Below, piece after piece: positions 47,112 to 56,951 of a stretch of 64,000 nt of DNA. The DNA is from Anaerohalosphaeraceae bacterium (GTDB taxonomy: Bacteria > Planctomycetota > Phycisphaerae > Sedimentisphaerales > Anaerohalosphaeraceae): the NCBI GenBank assembly GCA_963675525.2, contig CAXXSL010000016.1, forward strand, positions 608,001 to 672,000. The letters are read 5' to 3'. A model generated the notes under the pieces. It ran no database searches and was not told the origin of the DNA. It saw only the letters and a list, made by a program, of their open reading frames with translations. The position numbers were made by a program, and so were the translations under genes. Within the stretch, counting starts at the first letter, position 1, and each line of letters opens with the position of its first letter.

Positions 47112-48377
47112 CTATTTAAAGCGTTCTTTCCACGACCACAACCCCATCCCGGGATTGGAAATATAGAAAATCTCCTCCCCGTTAACTGTATTATAGCCGT
47201 CTTTCAGTTTATGAGGATCGTATCGTTTCATCATATCATTTAGATCAGCGTAAGCAAAATTCACGGACTCAATTTCTTCTTTGGTAATATGCCCTGGGCA
47301 GTAGGTAATCTTAAACCGCCCTTCGGCCGAACCGTGGATCAGATGTGCCGCAGCGCTGAGATTATTCTGTAATTCTTCGTTTTCCCCAACAAGTTGTAAA
47401 ACCTTTTCAGTGCCCACATAACCGTATTTTCGGATCAGGCGGTCGATTTCCTTGTCTTCGCCAAATTCCTTCAGCCCCGGTGCCAGAACAATTAACTCGC
47501 CGCGGTCGACCATTGCCATCCGTGTTCGATAGACACTCTTGTTCCCCAGCCAGGTACTCTTAAACTCTTCCGGCTCCAGATAGACAACGGTTTTTTTAAG
47601 CGGTTGGGCCAGCATCTGAAAATTGACTTTTAATGACAAGGCTGACGCTTGTTGAAAACATTGCTCATCATCACCGATAAACAGTCCGCGTACCGCCTGT
47701 CCGTTTTCCGTGGCCGCGACAACCGTTTGCACATAAATAATCGGGAGTTCTTTGGCAAAATGTTCGGATGCGTAATTGAGAACGCGGCGAACCGGCGTAT
47801 CGGCCCGGCCCATGATATTTTCCATGCCGTAAGCAGCGCCTAAAAAATGGCTCTTATTAATGCCCTCAGCACCGCCGGTGCCGACAAAAATATTTTTATT
47901 GTAATTGGCCATGCCGATGACTTCGTGCGGGACCACCTGCCCGACCGAAAGAATCAGATCGAATCCGCCTTCGACCAGCAGCCGATTGACCTGGGCCGGC
48001 CAACTGAAATCGACCTTGCCGCCGCTGACCTGCCGCACATAATCAGCCGGAACATCGCCCAGCGTCACAACATCATTGCGCCAGTCATGAACACGAAAGA
48101 GGTTTTGTGGGACATCGCCGAACATACGCCTAATTTCCTCTGGGCTCATGGCGAAATGCGTCCCCAGTGCCGGCAGAATATCCGTCATTCTGTCGCCATA
48201 GTATTGCCAGGCGAACTGCGTCAACATGCCCGCACGCGAATAGAATCGGGTAATATCCGGGGGAATCACCAACACTTTTTGTTTGCTGCCAAGTTGACCC
48301 AATGCCGCACACAGACCCTCTTTGAGGTCTTCGGGGCTCAACTTTTCGTTTTCATTTCCTCGAGCGTAATAAAGCAT
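47112..48377 (-). CDS. LarA-family (DUF2088) epimerase, GntE-like mannonate/gluconate 2-epimerase candidate
   Basis: PPDITR, ALGTH, VHDW, VVPHE...NYNKN...SH; context uxaE-uxuB-kinase-gnd. Confidence 0.75.
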   Translation of the reverse strand: MLYYARGNENEKLSPEDLKEGLCAALGQLGSKQKVLVIPPDITRFYSRAGMLTQFAWQYYGDRMTDILPALGTHFAMSPEEIRRMFGDVPQNLFRVHDWRNDVVTLGDVPADYVRQVSGGKVDFSWPAQVNRLLVEGGFDLILSVGQVVPHEVIGMANYNKNIFVGTGGAEGINKSHFLGAAYGMENIMGRADTPVRRVLNYASEHFAKELPIIYVQTVVAATENGQAVRGLFIGDDEQCFQQASALSLKVNFQMLAQPLKKTVVYLEPEEFKSTWLGNKSVYRTRMAMVDRGELIVLAPGLKEFGEDKEIDRLIRKYGYVGTEKVLQLVGENEELQNNLSAAAHLIHGSAEGRFKITYCPGHITKEEIESVNFAYADLNDMMKRYDPHKLKDGYNTVNGEEIFYISNPGMGLWSWKERFK

Positions 48378-48419
48378 TCCATATTCTCTTATGGGTCCGG
48401 GTAAGATTATTGATCGGTC

Positions 48420-49238
48420 TTACACCCCGCCGAAAGCATTGAAGCCGCCGTCGATCGGAATAACGGTTCCGGTAACAAATTTTGAGGCGTCGCTCAGCAG
48501 CCACCGCACCGTGCCGCACAATTCCTCCGGGGCACCAAAACGTCCCATCGGGGTATGGTCTATGATCGTCTTGCCGCGAGAAGTTAATTCGCCGCTGCCC
48601 TCCTGCGTCAGCAGGAATCGGTTCTGCTCAGTCAAAAAGAATCCCGGTGCGATCGCATTGACCCGGATATTCGTCGAATAATTCTGGCACATATGAACCG
48701 CCAACCATTCGGTGAAGTTGCTGACTGCGGCTTTGGCGGCTGAATAGGTTCCGACTTTCGTCAATGCACAGAACGCGCTCATGCTGGAGATATTCAAAAT
48801 GTTCCCTTGCTTCTGTTTGGCCATATATTTGCCGAAAACCTGAGATGGAAGCAATGAGCCGATGAAATTCAGGTCGAAGACCCAGCGGATTGCGTCTGTC
48901 GGCATATCGAAGAATGAAAGCTCATCGGTTGCCGTCGCTTCCTTTTTGTTGCCGCCGGCGCCATTGATCAGAACGTCAATCTTGCCCAGACTTTCAAGAG
49001 CACAATTGAATGCATCCTGAACCTCTGTTTTTTCAAGAACATTCGCACGGATCGGAAGGGCCAGACCACCAGCCGCTTCGATCTCTTTAGCCACCTGGTT
49101 AGCGCGAAATTCATCGTAGTCCATCACACAGACCTTGGCGCCTTGCAGAGCAAGATCCTTGGCGATGGCACTACAAAGCACCCCGGCACCGCCTGTAATC
49201 GCTATAACTTTATCTTTTACACTAAATAAATCATCCAT
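48420..49238 (-). CDS. SDR-family D-mannonate oxidoreductase (UxuB-type)
   Basis: TGGAGVL, NGAGGN, YSAAK, NAIAPGFF.TEQNR, HTPMGRFG. Confidence 0.82.
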   Translation of the reverse strand: MDDLFSVKDKVIAITGGAGVLCSAIAKDLALQGAKVCVMDYDEFRANQVAKEIEAAGGLALPIRANVLEKTEVQDAFNCALESLGKIDVLINGAGGNKKEATATDELSFFDMPTDAIRWVFDLNFIGSLLPSQVFGKYMAKQKQGNILNISSMSAFCALTKVGTYSAAKAAVSNFTEWLAVHMCQNYSTNIRVNAIAPGFFLTEQNRFLLTQEGSGELTSRGKTIIDHTPMGRFGAPEELCGTVRWLLSDASKFVTGTVIPIDGGFNAFGGV

Positions 49239-49240
49239 CG

Positions 49241-50494
49241 TTAATCCATTTCTGCAAAAAGAGGTTTGATATGCCGTAGGTAAATATTCGAGGTCACACA
49301 TGCCCCAATCGTGTTTTCATGCTCTTCGAGAGCACCGAGAAACACCTCTCCCATTTCCGCCGCTATCTTATAGGCCAGATGCATCAACTGGCGAAAATAA
49401 ATATCGTATTGTTTGCAGGAGGCATCATGCCGCAATGTGCTTGCATACTTTTCGGCGTCCCAGCCGTTCACCGTCTCCGGCAAAACCAGTTTGCCCCTGT
49501 CGATGTCCACGACCGTCGCATACGGTGCACAAAGCTCATCAAACCGCTCATAAGCTTCTTCATAAATACGTTTAGCGATCGCCAGGCCTTCACCGCCGGC
49601 CAGCGCCAGCCCGATGATCTCTTCGAGCCATGTGGTCCCGGCCGTTTTCAGGTGCAGCCCTGCGTCGAATTTTCTAAGGGCCCTGTTGATCGGCTTATAA
49701 ATCGAAAATTTGTCACTGCCGGAATGGACGCTCAGTTTCAGATTGTCAGGCAATCCAAATTCCTGGACGGCCAATTCAATAACCGCAATATCCTGTTCGA
49801 ATTCTTTGGCAAACTGTTTCACGTCACCAATATAATCTACTCCTTTATGAAAGCTGCCGGTAAATTTCGGAGCAATCGTCTGTGCGGGGATGCCTTCTTT
49901 GGCGATCGCAGCCAGGATAAAAAATAACTCCACCGGCGTCTGAGGCGTGTTGGTTTCGTCCATCGAAACCTCGGTCACGAAATTTCCATGCCCCTTGGCC
50001 GATTCAATATGTCGATAGATCTTCCCGGCTTCTTCGATTGCTTTGAGGTATTTTTGGGCAATGGCCCGAAGTTGCTGCTCGCTGACATCAAACACCTCGT
50101 CGATTCCGTCAACTCGCAGATGGCCGGTATATTTGGCGTACTGTTCCACAAAACCGGCAATTTTTTCATCATCGCCTTTTTGACCGATATAGTCGGCGAC
50201 GTCCAGGGTATAAAAGTTACTGGATTCTAAAAATCGATCCACATTACCCAGTTGAATATGGTCGGCATCAACATAGTAGGAGTTTTTCCAGCCTGTCGAC
50301 TTAACCGCTGCGTCAGCGGCATTGCGAGTGTCTGCCGGCGAAGTCCCGATGATCGAATGCTCCCGGTTGGACTTATTCCACACCGGAGCAATATAAATGC
50401 CGTCGGATTGAGCCCGAATGATTCCCTGAAGTTGTGCCTCGCCTTGGTGACCAAATCGATCACCCACACCAAATGTATATTTTTCTAAAATCAT
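49241..50494 (-). CDS. uxaE: Tagaturonate/fructuronate epimerase
   Basis: GVGDRF, DADHI, EVSMDET, APKF, SVHSGSDKFS, HLKTAGT.WLE. Confidence 0.92.
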   Translation of the reverse strand: MILEKYTFGVGDRFGHQGEAQLQGIIRAQSDGIYIAPVWNKSNREHSIIGTSPADTRNAADAAVKSTGWKNSYYVDADHIQLGNVDRFLESSNFYTLDVADYIGQKGDDEKIAGFVEQYAKYTGHLRVDGIDEVFDVSEQQLRAIAQKYLKAIEEAGKIYRHIESAKGHGNFVTEVSMDETNTPQTPVELFFILAAIAKEGIPAQTIAPKFTGSFHKGVDYIGDVKQFAKEFEQDIAVIELAVQEFGLPDNLKLSVHSGSDKFSIYKPINRALRKFDAGLHLKTAGTTWLEEIIGLALAGGEGLAIAKRIYEEAYERFDELCAPYATVVDIDRGKLVLPETVNGWDAEKYASTLRHDASCKQYDIYFRQLMHLAYKIAAEMGEVFLGALEEHENTIGACVTSNIYLRHIKPLFAEMD

Positions 50495-50538
50495 CAGTAG
50501 CCTTCCAGATAATAATGGTAGTCCTTTTCGCGGCAAAG

Positions 50539-50567
50539 ATTATAGCCATTCTCATTAACAATAGCAA
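50539..50567 (-). promoter_or_regulatory. Sigma-70 promoter for uxaE operon
   Basis: TTGCTA-N17-TATAAT. Confidence 0.6.
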
Positions 50568-50596
50568 CCATAACCCTTTTTTTGTGGATTAGGCCA

Positions 50597-50691
50597 CATA
50601 TGAAATAAATACCACGCGATGTGAGATTATTTACATTCAACCGGTATCATGTGAAATAAATGTCACATGATGTGAGATTATTTATACTCAA
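50597..50691. repeat. 44-bp direct repeat (51-bp period), probable operator array
   Basis: 50597-50640 vs 50648-50691, 37/44 identical; contains TGTGA-N8-TCACA. Confidence 0.65.
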
Positions 50692-50863
50692 ATTGACTCG
50701 ATTTTCAAGTTTTTTATTTGAATTCACAAAAAATTGCTTCAAAGTATTGCTTAACAGCATCAATTTCAATATAATAAAAATATTGGATGTATTTGGTTTA
50801 GATTCAAATACGATTGGCTTATAACCTACATGATCTGAGATATTTATTTTCAGTTGAAAAACT

Positions 50864-52081
50864 ATGAAAGAAAGCCCTATTGATTCCAGGAACGCGGGGC
50901 AGCGCAACGAAAAGATGATTCTGTCCATGCTGAGCAGTCACGGCAGTTTGTCACAGTCTCAACTTTGCGAACTGGCCGGTATCGGCAGTTCGACAGCCAG
51001 CACGATAGTCGCCAGGTTGCGGGAAAAAGGATTTGTCACCGAAACTCGCGGTACCAGTACAAACAGAGGCCCAAAACCGATCATTATCGAATTAAATCCC
51101 CAATGCCGCTTTCTTTTCGGAGTTGAGATCAACCCAAGTTATATCTTTGTCGGATTGTTCAATTTTACCGGCGAATTAAAGGACAAAATCCGCATCGCTC
51201 TCGGCGTTGACCATTCTGTCCAGCATGTAATCGACTTGCTGACGGTCAACATTCCGGGGCTGTTACATCGCAACAGAATCGAGCCGTCCAAAGTGCTCGG
51301 GGTCGGCATAACGCTTAGCGGCTCAGTTCTGTCCGACGGCTGGATCTCTCTTTCCAGCCCTATGGGATGGAAAAATGTTTCGTTAAAAGAGAGGCTTGAA
51401 CTTTTTTTCACCTTTCCTGTTTTTGTTTACAGCAATCGTGTACGCCTGCTCGCAGAGTTTGCCTTGAATCCTGAACTGGAATCAAAAACAATTCTTTACC
51501 TCAATATCGCTGACGGTGTCGGATCAACGATTTATATGAATGGCAAATTGATCTTTGGCGCTACCGGTCGTTACGGTGAAATCGGTCACATTGTGATCGA
51601 GCCGGACGGCCCTGCCTGTGGGTGCGGCAACAAAGGGTGCCTGGAAGCAATCATCTCGGGGCCCGCTTTGGTGTCTAAAATACAGCAAGACCTGAAAACC
51701 AAAGACGCTGTTTGCTTTGCCCCTCAGTTTGAAAATGGAGTACCCACCTGCCCTCCCGAGGAAATCATCTCTTACTGTTCAACATATGCCAAACAGGGCG
51801 ATACGTATGCGGCTTTTCTCCGGGATCTTGTTACAGCTCATTTCAGCAGGGTGACGGCAACTCTCATTAACTGCTTTGACCCGGATGTCGTTATTCTTGC
51901 CGGTTATGTTTCCAGTTCCTTTTATGAACATTTAGCTCAAAGAATCCTCGACCGCATTAAGACCACTGTTTACGAAAGCAATCTGCGAAAAATCCAAATC
52001 ATTCCTGCTCGCGCAGGCAGCGATGCGCTGATCAAGGGGGTGGCAAATGCCGTCCTCCAGGACGCCACTGAGTTCAGATAG
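50864..52081 (+). CDS. ROK-family transcriptional regulator
   Basis: N-terminal wHTH, RGPKP, GEIGH, C.CGNKGCLE. Confidence 0.93.
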   Translation: MKESPIDSRNAGQRNEKMILSMLSSHGSLSQSQLCELAGIGSSTASTIVARLREKGFVTETRGTSTNRGPKPIIIELNPQCRFLFGVEINPSYIFVGLFNFTGELKDKIRIALGVDHSVQHVIDLLTVNIPGLLHRNRIEPSKVLGVGITLSGSVLSDGWISLSSPMGWKNVSLKERLELFFTFPVFVYSNRVRLLAEFALNPELESKTILYLNIADGVGSTIYMNGKLIFGATGRYGEIGHIVIEPDGPACGCGNKGCLEAIISGPALVSKIQQDLKTKDAVCFAPQFENGVPTCPPEEIISYCSTYAKQGDTYAAFLRDLVTAHFSRVTATLINCFDPDVVILAGYVSSSFYEHLAQRILDRIKTTVYESNLRKIQIIPARAGSDALIKGVANAVLQDATEFR

Positions 52082-52144
52082 CAATCAGCGCAAAAACAGG
52101 GCACCCCGGTTGACAATAGAAACAATAGATCCGGATAAAGCTGA

Positions 52145-53509
52145 CTATTCGGAATCAGACTTATGACCGTAGATACTTTCGTTCCATTTCTCAATAGATT
52201 GTTCGACTTCCTGCGCTTTTAATTGCCCTGTTTTGACCGGCAGCCAAAGCGATACCCTCGGAACATAAGTAATCACCATTAAAGCAACGGCCATAGCTCC
52301 GAAAAACGGCAGCATGTACTTGGTCACCTTGGCAATGGTTGTTTTTCCGACACCGCAGCCGATAAACAGACACGTTCCCACAGGCGGCGTACACAGGCCA
52401 ATGCACAGATTGGCGATCAGCATGATACCAAAATGAATTTGATGCATCCCCAGTAATTGCACGACCGGCAGGAAAATCGGCGTAAAGATCAATACCGCCG
52501 GCGTCATATCCATAAACGTTCCAACAAACAGCAGCAGCAGATTGATGGTCAACAGGATAACGATTGGGTTGTCCGACAAGTTAATCAGTGCACTGCTGAC
52601 TGTCTGGGGAATATTGGCCATGGTCATGATCCAGCTCATGCCCGAACTGGCCCCGATCAACAGCATGACAACTGCGGTCGTAATACCCGTCTGCTTGAGA
52701 ATGTCCGGTATATCTTTCAGTTTGATTTCGCGGTAGATCACAACGGTCAGCAGATAGGAATAAAGGACCGCCACTGCAGCGGCTTCCGTTGCGGTAAAAA
52801 ATCCGATGAGAATCCCGCCGATGACAATGATGATCAGCAGCAGGCTCATAATGGCATTGACAAAAGATAGACATGCCTGCTTAAATGACACGCGCTCGCC
52901 GGCACCGTATTTATTGCGAAATGCAAAATACCCGCACACCACCATAATAAACAACCCCGTGATGATTCCGGGCAAAACCCCGGCCATAAACATCGCCGCG
53001 ATGGAAACACTTCCGGCGGCGACGGAATAAACAATCATGATGTTGCTCGGCGGAATCAGCAGGCCTGTTGTTGCCGCCGTGGTGGTCACCGCCACATTGA
53101 ATTCACGATTGTATCCCATGCGGTTCATTTCGGGAATCATAAACCCGCCGACCGATGAAACCGCGGCGGAGGCAGAACCGGAAATAGAGCCGAACATCAT
53201 GCACGTCAGCGTGTTCACATACGCCAGCCCCCCGGGGAGCATGCCGACCAGAGAATTGGCGAAATCAATCAGTCGCCGGGCCATTCCGCCGCGGCCCATC
53301 AAATGGCCGGACAGGATAAAAAACGGAATCGCCAGCAGCGCAAAACTGTTGACACCGTTGGCCATTTTCGACGCCAGCATGACAGACGGGTCCATCCCGT
53401 TTGACATGATCGCCACGAAGGCGGCCACTGCAATCGCCACCGCAATCGGAACATTGATCACTAAAAGCAATACAAAAACCAACACCAAAACCAGAGCAAC
53501 AGCACCCAT
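52145..53509 (-). CDS. dctM: TRAP transporter large permease
   Basis: LLAIPFFIL.G, FGSISGS, LIPPS, TATE, TPPVG. Confidence 0.94.
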   Translation of the reverse strand: MGAVALVLVLVFVLLLVINVPIAVAIAVAAFVAIMSNGMDPSVMLASKMANGVNSFALLAIPFFILSGHLMGRGGMARRLIDFANSLVGMLPGGLAYVNTLTCMMFGSISGSASAAVSSVGGFMIPEMNRMGYNREFNVAVTTTAATTGLLIPPSNIMIVYSVAAGSVSIAAMFMAGVLPGIITGLFIMVVCGYFAFRNKYGAGERVSFKQACLSFVNAIMSLLLIIIVIGGILIGFFTATEAAAVAVLYSYLLTVVIYREIKLKDIPDILKQTGITTAVVMLLIGASSGMSWIMTMANIPQTVSSALINLSDNPIVILLTINLLLLFVGTFMDMTPAVLIFTPIFLPVVQLLGMHQIHFGIMLIANLCIGLCTPPVGTCLFIGCGVGKTTIAKVTKYMLPFFGAMAVALMVITYVPRVSLWLPVKTGQLKAQEVEQSIEKWNESIYGHKSDSE

Positions 53510-54078
53510 TAGTTATCCTCCTTTTGGGATTCAGTCGACAACAGCGTTTCCAGCATTTGCTCAACCGTGAAGAGAATCATAAAAACACCCGCGATCGGAA
53601 GCGCCAGATAAACATGCCCCATTTTCAGACCGATCTGCGGTCCCAGTGCCGGGGCAATCTGCTCCATATTATTCATGGCAATATTGGTACCGCCAACAAT
53701 GAAAATCGATATAGCAAAAAACAGCACCACCAACTGCCCGACAATCGTAATGAACTTTTGGGCCCCCCGGTCGAATTTGCCCACAAAATAATCGACTCCC
53801 AAATGGGCCTTTTCGCCAAATGCAACCGCCCCGCCCAACAGCGAAACCCACACCAGCAAAAAGCGGGCTATTTCTTCGCTGTACTTATCCTGACCACGCG
53901 GCATAAATGACCAGGCTTCAATACCTCTTGACGACAGCCATGCCACTAAGCTTCCGCTGCCTCGTGTCAGCACGCCCCACAGTACATCGAGCACCAGTAC
54001 CAGCACGGCCAGAATCAGCGCTGTCTCCAGCAGGCGGCACAGGACGATCCGACTTTTTTTCAGCACATTGGCAGACAT
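53509..54078 (-). CDS. dctQ: TRAP transporter small permease
   Basis: SEEIARFLLVW...G...HLGVD; four TMs. Confidence 0.9.
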   Translation of the reverse strand: MSANVLKKSRIVLCRLLETALILAVLVLVLDVLWGVLTRGSGSLVAWLSSRGIEAWSFMPRGQDKYSEEIARFLLVWVSLLGGAVAFGEKAHLGVDYFVGKFDRGAQKFITIVGQLVVLFFAISIFIVGGTNIAMNNMEQIAPALGPQIGLKMGHVYLALPIAGVFMILFTVEQMLETLLSTESQKEDN

Positions 54079-55094
54079 TATTTTACCTCACGGATTTGAG
54101 TGACTAATTCCTTAATCGTTTCATCTTTAATCGCATCATACATGGGCTGAACCTTTGCCGAGAAAAGGGTTTGGTCCACTTCATAAATCGTCACGCCTTC
54201 GGCTTTCGCCTCCTCAAGCGACTCGATTGTCTTTTTACGCCATAATTCCCGCTGAAAAACGGAAGACTCGTCAGCGGCCTGTTGCACCCACTGCTGAACC
54301 TGCGGACTGAGCGTGTCCCACGTTTTGGTGCCAATCAGCAGGATATCCGGAACGCGCGTGTGCGCGTCGAGGGAAAAATGCTTACATACTTCATAGTGCT
54401 TATTGGTGGTGAAACTGGGCGGATTGTTTTCTGCGCCATCGACAGTCCCCTGTGCCAGTGAACTGTAAAGTTCGCCCCATGCAATCGGCGTCGGCGCCGC
54501 TCCCAATGCCTCCACCATATCCATGGCCGTCCGGCTATTCATCACACGAATTTTCAACCCTTTTAAATCATCGGGCGTACGAATGGGTTTGTCTTTGGTG
54601 TAAAAGTTTCGACTGCCGGAATCATAATAGCACAAGCCCCGAAGAAATTGCTCATTGCCTTTTTGGAGTAAGGACCGGCCAAGATCGCTGTCGAGGACAT
54701 GCCAGTAATGCTCTTCATTTCGGAAAAGATACGGCAGGCCAAACACCGCCATTTCAGGGACAAAGTTCTCAATTGAGGCCGCGGACGTTTTGGTCATCGC
54801 CAATGACCCGCTCTGTAACTGCTCAATACACTCCACCTCTGAACCAAGTACACTGCTGGGATAGATATCGATGGTAACCTGGCCGCTGGAGATTTCCTCC
54901 AGCCGTGTTTTCATGAATTCCATCGCCTTGTGAACCGGGTGCGTGGTGTCCAGACAGTGCCCCAGCTTCAACATCACCTGCCCCTGATAAGACGCCGAAC
55001 CCCGGGTGGCCCGCAGGAACCAGGCAAACCCGCACGTTGCGATCAGGGCGCCGATCAGCATCCCGCATACTAAGAACGAGACTTCTTTTTTCAT
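54078..55094 (-). CDS. dctP: TRAP transporter substrate-binding protein
   Basis: PDDLKGLKIRV, GELYSSL..GTVDGAEN. Confidence 0.93.
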   Translation of the reverse strand: MKKEVSFLVCGMLIGALIATCGFAWFLRATRGSASYQGQVMLKLGHCLDTTHPVHKAMEFMKTRLEEISSGQVTIDIYPSSVLGSEVECIEQLQSGSLAMTKTSAASIENFVPEMAVFGLPYLFRNEEHYWHVLDSDLGRSLLQKGNEQFLRGLCYYDSGSRNFYTKDKPIRTPDDLKGLKIRVMNSRTAMDMVEALGAAPTPIAWGELYSSLAQGTVDGAENNPPSFTTNKHYEVCKHFSLDAHTRVPDILLIGTKTWDTLSPQVQQWVQQAADESSVFQRELWRKKTIESLEEAKAEGVTIYEVDQTLFSAKVQPMYDAIKDETIKELVTQIREVK

Positions 55095-55158
55095 CTTTAT
55101 CTCCATAAAATTGAATTCGCATCACAGTCAATACGGTATCATATTGCCATGAAATATC

Positions 55159-56190
55159 TTACAGTGTTTTGACCGTTTTGACAAATACATTTATATTTTC
55201 TGTCGTCACGTCCTGCGGCATCCCTCCGCCGCATGACAACAGAACCCGGCTTAGATCGTCCAGGTCTTCCACGGATTTCAGGACCGCTTCTTTAACATCT
55301 TCAGGCGTCCCTTCTTTCATGACATCTCGCGGCGGAATATTGCCAAGCAATGCCACCTTGCCGCCGGTCAACTCCTTCATTTGCCCAATACGGTGTTCAA
55401 AGCTGTAATTAAAGAGGTTGATACCCATTTCAGACAGGTACGGAGCGCTGACAAGTCCGGCCGCATCGTTATGCAGAAAATTCACTTTTTGATTAAACGT
55501 GGCGTAGATTTTCTTGAAATAGGGAACAACGTATTCCTTGCATTGTTCGTCTCCAACAAAACCAATGATATCGTCGAGCAACAAAATTCCTTCGATCGTT
55601 GGAAATTGCTCTATCTGGTAGCCAATCCAATCCACCAAAAAATCCGTGATAAGATCGATCAGCTTGTGACATTTCTCCTGCTCCATCATCATTGCCATCA
55701 TCAGTTCGGTCGTCCCCAACAGGAAAGAGGCGATATTCAGAGGGCCTCTGGCAACCGCAAACTTGATGTGATGGCCCATCGCTTCGATTTGCGGTTGTGT
55801 GTGTCGCAGACGATTGATCACAAAGGGCAGTAACCCGTCTTTCCGGACATTCGGCTTGGCCATTTGACTTAGTACATTTATATCGGAAGAGATCTTTTCA
55901 GCATGTGGAAGATTTACTTCTTCCCAGCGGCATTTTGCGCCAAAAGCACTGGGTTCGGTACACATCCCGTATTCGGACCAGAAACCGGGGAGGAACATTG
56001 TATCCGGAAATGCTTCGATCGCTTTTTTATTGGCTTCGAACCAAAGCCGGTCGCTGGTGTAATAATCCAGCGTACTGATGCCATACCAGCCCGGAAGCCA
56101 GGGGCTGTCGATGATAAAACCGGTCGCAGCCGGAGAGACTTGCTTGCCCGCTATCACATCCAATAGTAATTGCCATTGAAAATCGTTCAT
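55159..56190 (-). CDS. Uroporphyrinogen-decarboxylase/MtaA-CmuA superfamily protein
   Basis: RGPLNIASFL.G, LLDD, FLHND, LLGNIPP, SCGGGMP. Confidence 0.78.
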   Translation of the reverse strand: MNDFQWQLLLDVIAGKQVSPAATGFIIDSPWLPGWYGISTLDYYTSDRLWFEANKKAIEAFPDTMFLPGFWSEYGMCTEPSAFGAKCRWEEVNLPHAEKISSDINVLSQMAKPNVRKDGLLPFVINRLRHTQPQIEAMGHHIKFAVARGPLNIASFLLGTTELMMAMMMEQEKCHKLIDLITDFLVDWIGYQIEQFPTIEGILLLDDIIGFVGDEQCKEYVVPYFKKIYATFNQKVNFLHNDAAGLVSAPYLSEMGINLFNYSFEHRIGQMKELTGGKVALLGNIPPRDVMKEGTPEDVKEAVLKSVEDLDDLSRVLLSCGGGMPQDVTTENINVFVKTVKTL

Positions 56191-56237
56191 TCCTTACCTT
56201 CCAAACACCTTTTAATCCTGACTGGTTTATAAACAGT

Positions 56238-56915
56238 TTATTTTTTATTTCTGATCTGTGCGATCATCTCGATCGTTTCTTTAACTTTGTTTGTCAGGTC
56301 GGCATAATTATTTGAAGCAACCAGTTCTTTTGTGATCAGCTTGGAACCGATCCCGGCACAAGCGATTCCCGCGGTGAACCATTCGGTCAGGCTTTCCTGT
56401 GTCGGCGAGACGCCGCCGGTCGGCATTAATTCCGTCCACGGCATCGGACCTTTAACCGCCTTGACAAAAGCCGGGCCACCGACCTGGGCACCGGGGAAAA
56501 TTTTGCATATCTCCACGCCAAGAAGATGGGCCTGGTGAATTTCAGTAACCGTTCCGCACCCCGGCGAATAGGGAATTTTTCGAGCATTGCAAACTCTGGC
56601 TGTTGGTTCATCCAGAAGCGGACCCACAACAAAATCAGCGCCGGCGTTAATATACATCGCAGCCGTCGACGCATCACAGATCGACCCGACACCCAGGATC
56701 ATATCGACACGCTCTGTATCTCTGAATTGTGCCAATTGCCTAAACACATCGATCGCCCGGTCACCGCGATTGGTAAACTCAATCGCTCTGGCACCGCCAT
56801 CAGCACAGGCGCAAGCGATCTTTTTGACAATATCAAAATCCGCATTGTAAAAAACCGGCACCAAACCGATTGCCTTCATTGTCGAGACCGTTTCAAGACG
56901 TGAATAGTGAGCCAT
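56238..56915 (-). CDS. eda: KDPG/KHG aldolase
   Basis: EFTNR, GVGS, PGCGT.TE, KIFPG, MPTGGV. Confidence 0.9.
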   Translation of the reverse strand: MAHYSRLETVSTMKAIGLVPVFYNADFDIVKKIACACADGGARAIEFTNRGDRAIDVFRQLAQFRDTERVDMILGVGSICDASTAAMYINAGADFVVGPLLDEPTARVCNARKIPYSPGCGTVTEIHQAHLLGVEICKIFPGAQVGGPAFVKAVKGPMPWTELMPTGGVSPTQESLTEWFTAGIACAGIGSKLITKELVASNNYADLTNKVKETIEMIAQIRNKK

Positions 56916-56951
56916 TTTAGTCCATCCTCTTAAGGTTTTTTTTATTACCAT

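Noticed and set aside
55159..56190. hemE
   Set aside because: Lacks HemE substrate-binding motif; context is sugar-acid catabolism.
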